Shown here piece after piece: positions 61,892 through 64,000 of a DNA stretch of 64,000 nucleotides. Origin of the DNA: an uncultured cyanobacterium (GTDB lineage: Bacteria > Cyanobacteriota > Cyanobacteriia > CAKZMO01); assembly GCA_963719515.1 (NCBI GenBank), contig CAVRCJ010000007.1, positions 64,001 through 128,000 of the forward strand, read 5' to 3'. The notes below the pieces were generated by a model that was not told where the DNA came from, did not search any database, and saw nothing but the letters and a program-made list of their open reading frames with translations. The position numbers and the translations under genes were made by a program. How positions within the stretch are numbered: the first letter of the stretch is position 1; each line of letters opens with the position of its first letter.

Positions 61892-62554
61892 TCAAACTTT
61901 GGAAATCACCTGATCAATCAGACCGTACTCTTGAGCTTCCGCCGCCGACATAAAGAAATCTCGCTCAGTGTCTGCCTCAATCTTGTCGATGGGCTGCTTG
62001 GTGTGATGGGCCAACATCTGGTTGAGCCGCTGCTTGAGATATAGAATCTCTTTAGCCTGAATTTCGATGTCAACCGCCTGCCCTTGGGCTCCCCCTAGCG
62101 GCTGGTGGATCATGATGCGGGAACTCGGTAGCGACATGCGCTTACCAGCAGCGCCACCCGCCAGTAAAAACGCACCCATGCTAGCGGCAAGCCCAAAGCA
62201 GATAGTTGCAACATCTGGGCGTACCTGCTGCATGGTGTCATAGATGGCCATGCCAGCGGTCACCGATCCACCCGGTGAGTTGATGTACAGCTGAATGTCT
62301 TTTTCAGGCTCTTCAGCGTCGAGAAACAAAAGCTGAGCCACGATAGAGTCGGCAACCTCGTCTGTGACTTGAGAGCCTAGAAAAACAATGCGCTCTCTCA
62401 GCAGCCTAGAGTAGATGTCAAATGCCCGCTCTCCTCGCCCAGACTGCTCTACAACAGTCGGGACAACGCCAGAAGGATGGGAGGTAGATGCCATCGTCAG
62501 CAGTGAGGAGGGCTGTTGTGAGTGGAAAGAGGTCGTGCGGTAGCTCGTAATCAT
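61892..62554 (-). CDS. clpP: ATP-dependent Clp protease proteolytic subunit
   Basis: [25 protein letters not shown]. Confidence 0.98.
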   Translation of the reverse strand: MITSYRTTSFHSQQPSSLLTMASTSHPSGVVPTVVEQSGRGERAFDIYSRLLRERIVFLGSQVTDEVADSIVAQLLFLDAEEPEKDIQLYINSPGGSVTAGMAIYDTMQQVRPDVATICFGLAASMGAFLLAGGAAGKRMSLPSSRIMIHQPLGGAQGQAVDIEIQAKEILYLKQRLNQMLAHHTKQPIDKIEADTERDFFMSAAEAQEYGLIDQVISKV

Positions 62555-62895
62555 GTCAACGTTTAAATGCGGGGAGAATCAGGGAAGTTTGCATTAATAA
62601 AGGAGGAGTTGATGGCGTAAAGTCACGCTATGAGCTGCCCAAGGTGGGTACGCTTCTATCAACCAATTCCTACAGCCCGGCTTTTGCCAATTGCCAGCTA
62701 TGAAGCCTGTATTTTGGTTAGATCCAGTTGGGGTGACCAACTGAACTGAGTCCGGTGCTCCTATCCGCCATTATGCCTTAACTCTTTAGAAAGTTGCGGT
62801 GCCTGTAAAAGACCGTCGAAATCGCTGAGGCACTCAGTAGGTCCGGTCACCTACGGCTCAAATTACCTATGACCCAAATCACTGATGGCCTAGAG

Positions 62896-64000
62896 CTATG
62901 AGGGACTGTCGCCGTCGTCTTCCGAATCCGCCTCCTGGGTCGCATCTGTAGAAGATACTGCCTGACCAGAGACTTCTGCTGCGGAGACGTCTACTACTGT
63001 ATCTGCAGCAGCTCCGGCCTCTGTCGCGGGGGGCTCACTAGAGGCTTCACCCACTTCACCCGCCTCGCCCTCAGCCTCAGACAGCGTTCCCTCGGCAACC
63101 AGCTCAACGGTGTTGTGCTCTGCCAGCCAATCCAAGACCTTTTCCTGCGTCAGGTCGTCTTCAAGCACCTGACGGACGCGATCGCGGTCGACGCTGGAGT
63201 CGTCGTAGCGAGCGATAAACTCATCGATCTTCTTTTCCAGTTCCTCTGGCTCAACGCTGAGCGACTCCTGCTTGGCAACTTCGCCGATGGCTAGGGTTTG
63301 CTTTAGCCGGATGATGGCATCTGGGCGCGATCGCTCTCGCATTCCCTCCACCAGCTCTTGGGTCAGTAGCTGCTTGATGTCTAGCCCCTGCTGCTCTAGC
63401 CGCATCGCGGTTTGGGTCACCATATAGTCCACCTCTCGTTGGACTAGCGTTTCGGGCAGGTCAACTTCAATCTGGTTAAGCAGCTCCTGGGAGATAGCCT
63501 CATGGGTATTGGTCTTAGTCTTCTGCTCTGCCTCTTCCCGGTAGCGCGTCTCTAACGACTCTGTGAGTTCTGCCAAGGTCTCGAACTCGCTGACGTCTTG
63601 GGCAAAATCGTCGTCTAATTCGGGCAGCTCCCGCTCTTTAATTTCCTTGAGGATGATGTCGAAGATGGCTGCCTTACCGGCTACATCCTCTTGGGGGTAG
63701 GACTCTGGGAAGGCCGCATCGACGGACTTAGACTCTTCCGGCGTCATGCCGACAACGCCTTCAATGAACCCTTCGATAAAGCGGCCCTCTTCCAGGTCAA
63801 TTTGGAAATCCGTAGCGCTACCGCCGGGAATAGCGACGGTTTCCCCGTTCTCATCGGGTTCAGCCAGCCGACCTTCAAAATCCACCAGAACCACGTCCCC
63901 CATCTGCGCAGGGCGATCGTCAACAGGAACGAGGGTCGCTGTCTTTTGCTGATACTCTTTCAGCACATCCTCGACCTTTTGGGGATCGTAGGCGATCTCC
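62896..64000 (-). CDS. tig: Trigger factor (3' part; start lies beyond the window)
   Basis: FKBP-like FIEGF..G, ELPELDDDFA; tig-clpP-clpX order. Confidence 0.95.
   Translation of the reverse strand, partial: EIAYDPQKVEDVLKEYQQKTATLVPVDDRPAQMGDVVLVDFEGRLAEPDENGETVAIPGGSATDFQIDLEEGRFIEGFIEGVVGMTPEESKSVDAAFPESYPQEDVAGKAAIFDIILKEIKERELPELDDDFAQDVSEFETLAELTESLETRYREEAEQKTKTNTHEAISQELLNQIEVDLPETLVQREVDYMVTQTAMRLEQQGLDIKQLLTQELVEGMRERSRPDAIIRLKQTLAIGEVAKQESLSVEPEELEKKIDEFIARYDDSSVDRDRVRQVLEDDLTQEKVLDWLAEHNTVELVAEGTLSEAEGEAGEVGEASSEPPATEAGAAADTVVDVSAAEVSGQAVSSTDATQEADSEDDGDSPS

Overview
Cyanobacterial chromosomal window, probably from a filamentous Leptolyngbya/Nodosilinea-like lineage (inference). 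It is GC-rich with many HIP1 octamers (GCGATCGC). Core blocks are ppi-ycf4 / psbD-psbC, trpD, rimO-crhR, btpA, thyX, ftsQ-ftsZ, cobN, a cikA-like kinase and tig-clpP-clpX. The accessory part (about 4-34 kb) holds several modules. (i) A TIR-TM-14xWD40 gene cleanly interrupted by a 1284-bp IS3-family element with a GCC target duplication. (ii) A signal-peptide-bearing acetamidase/formamidase coupled to a Tat-type protein. (iii) An AT-rich two-gene island between an IS66 remnant and a decayed vapBC pair. It encodes a CHAT (caspase-like) protease-TIR fusion and a TIR-helical repeat-TM-extracytoplasmic protein, and is the best candidate for an undescribed Toll-like/caspase conflict system. (iv) A biliverdin-type phytochrome-HWE-REC with altered conserved motifs. 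(v) An IS5-type MITE, several REP-like hairpins and gene remnants. cobN and the cikA-like gene each carry a single +1 frameshift. I recognised no rRNA, tRNA or CRISPR array. All domain calls come from reading motifs by eye, not from database searches.
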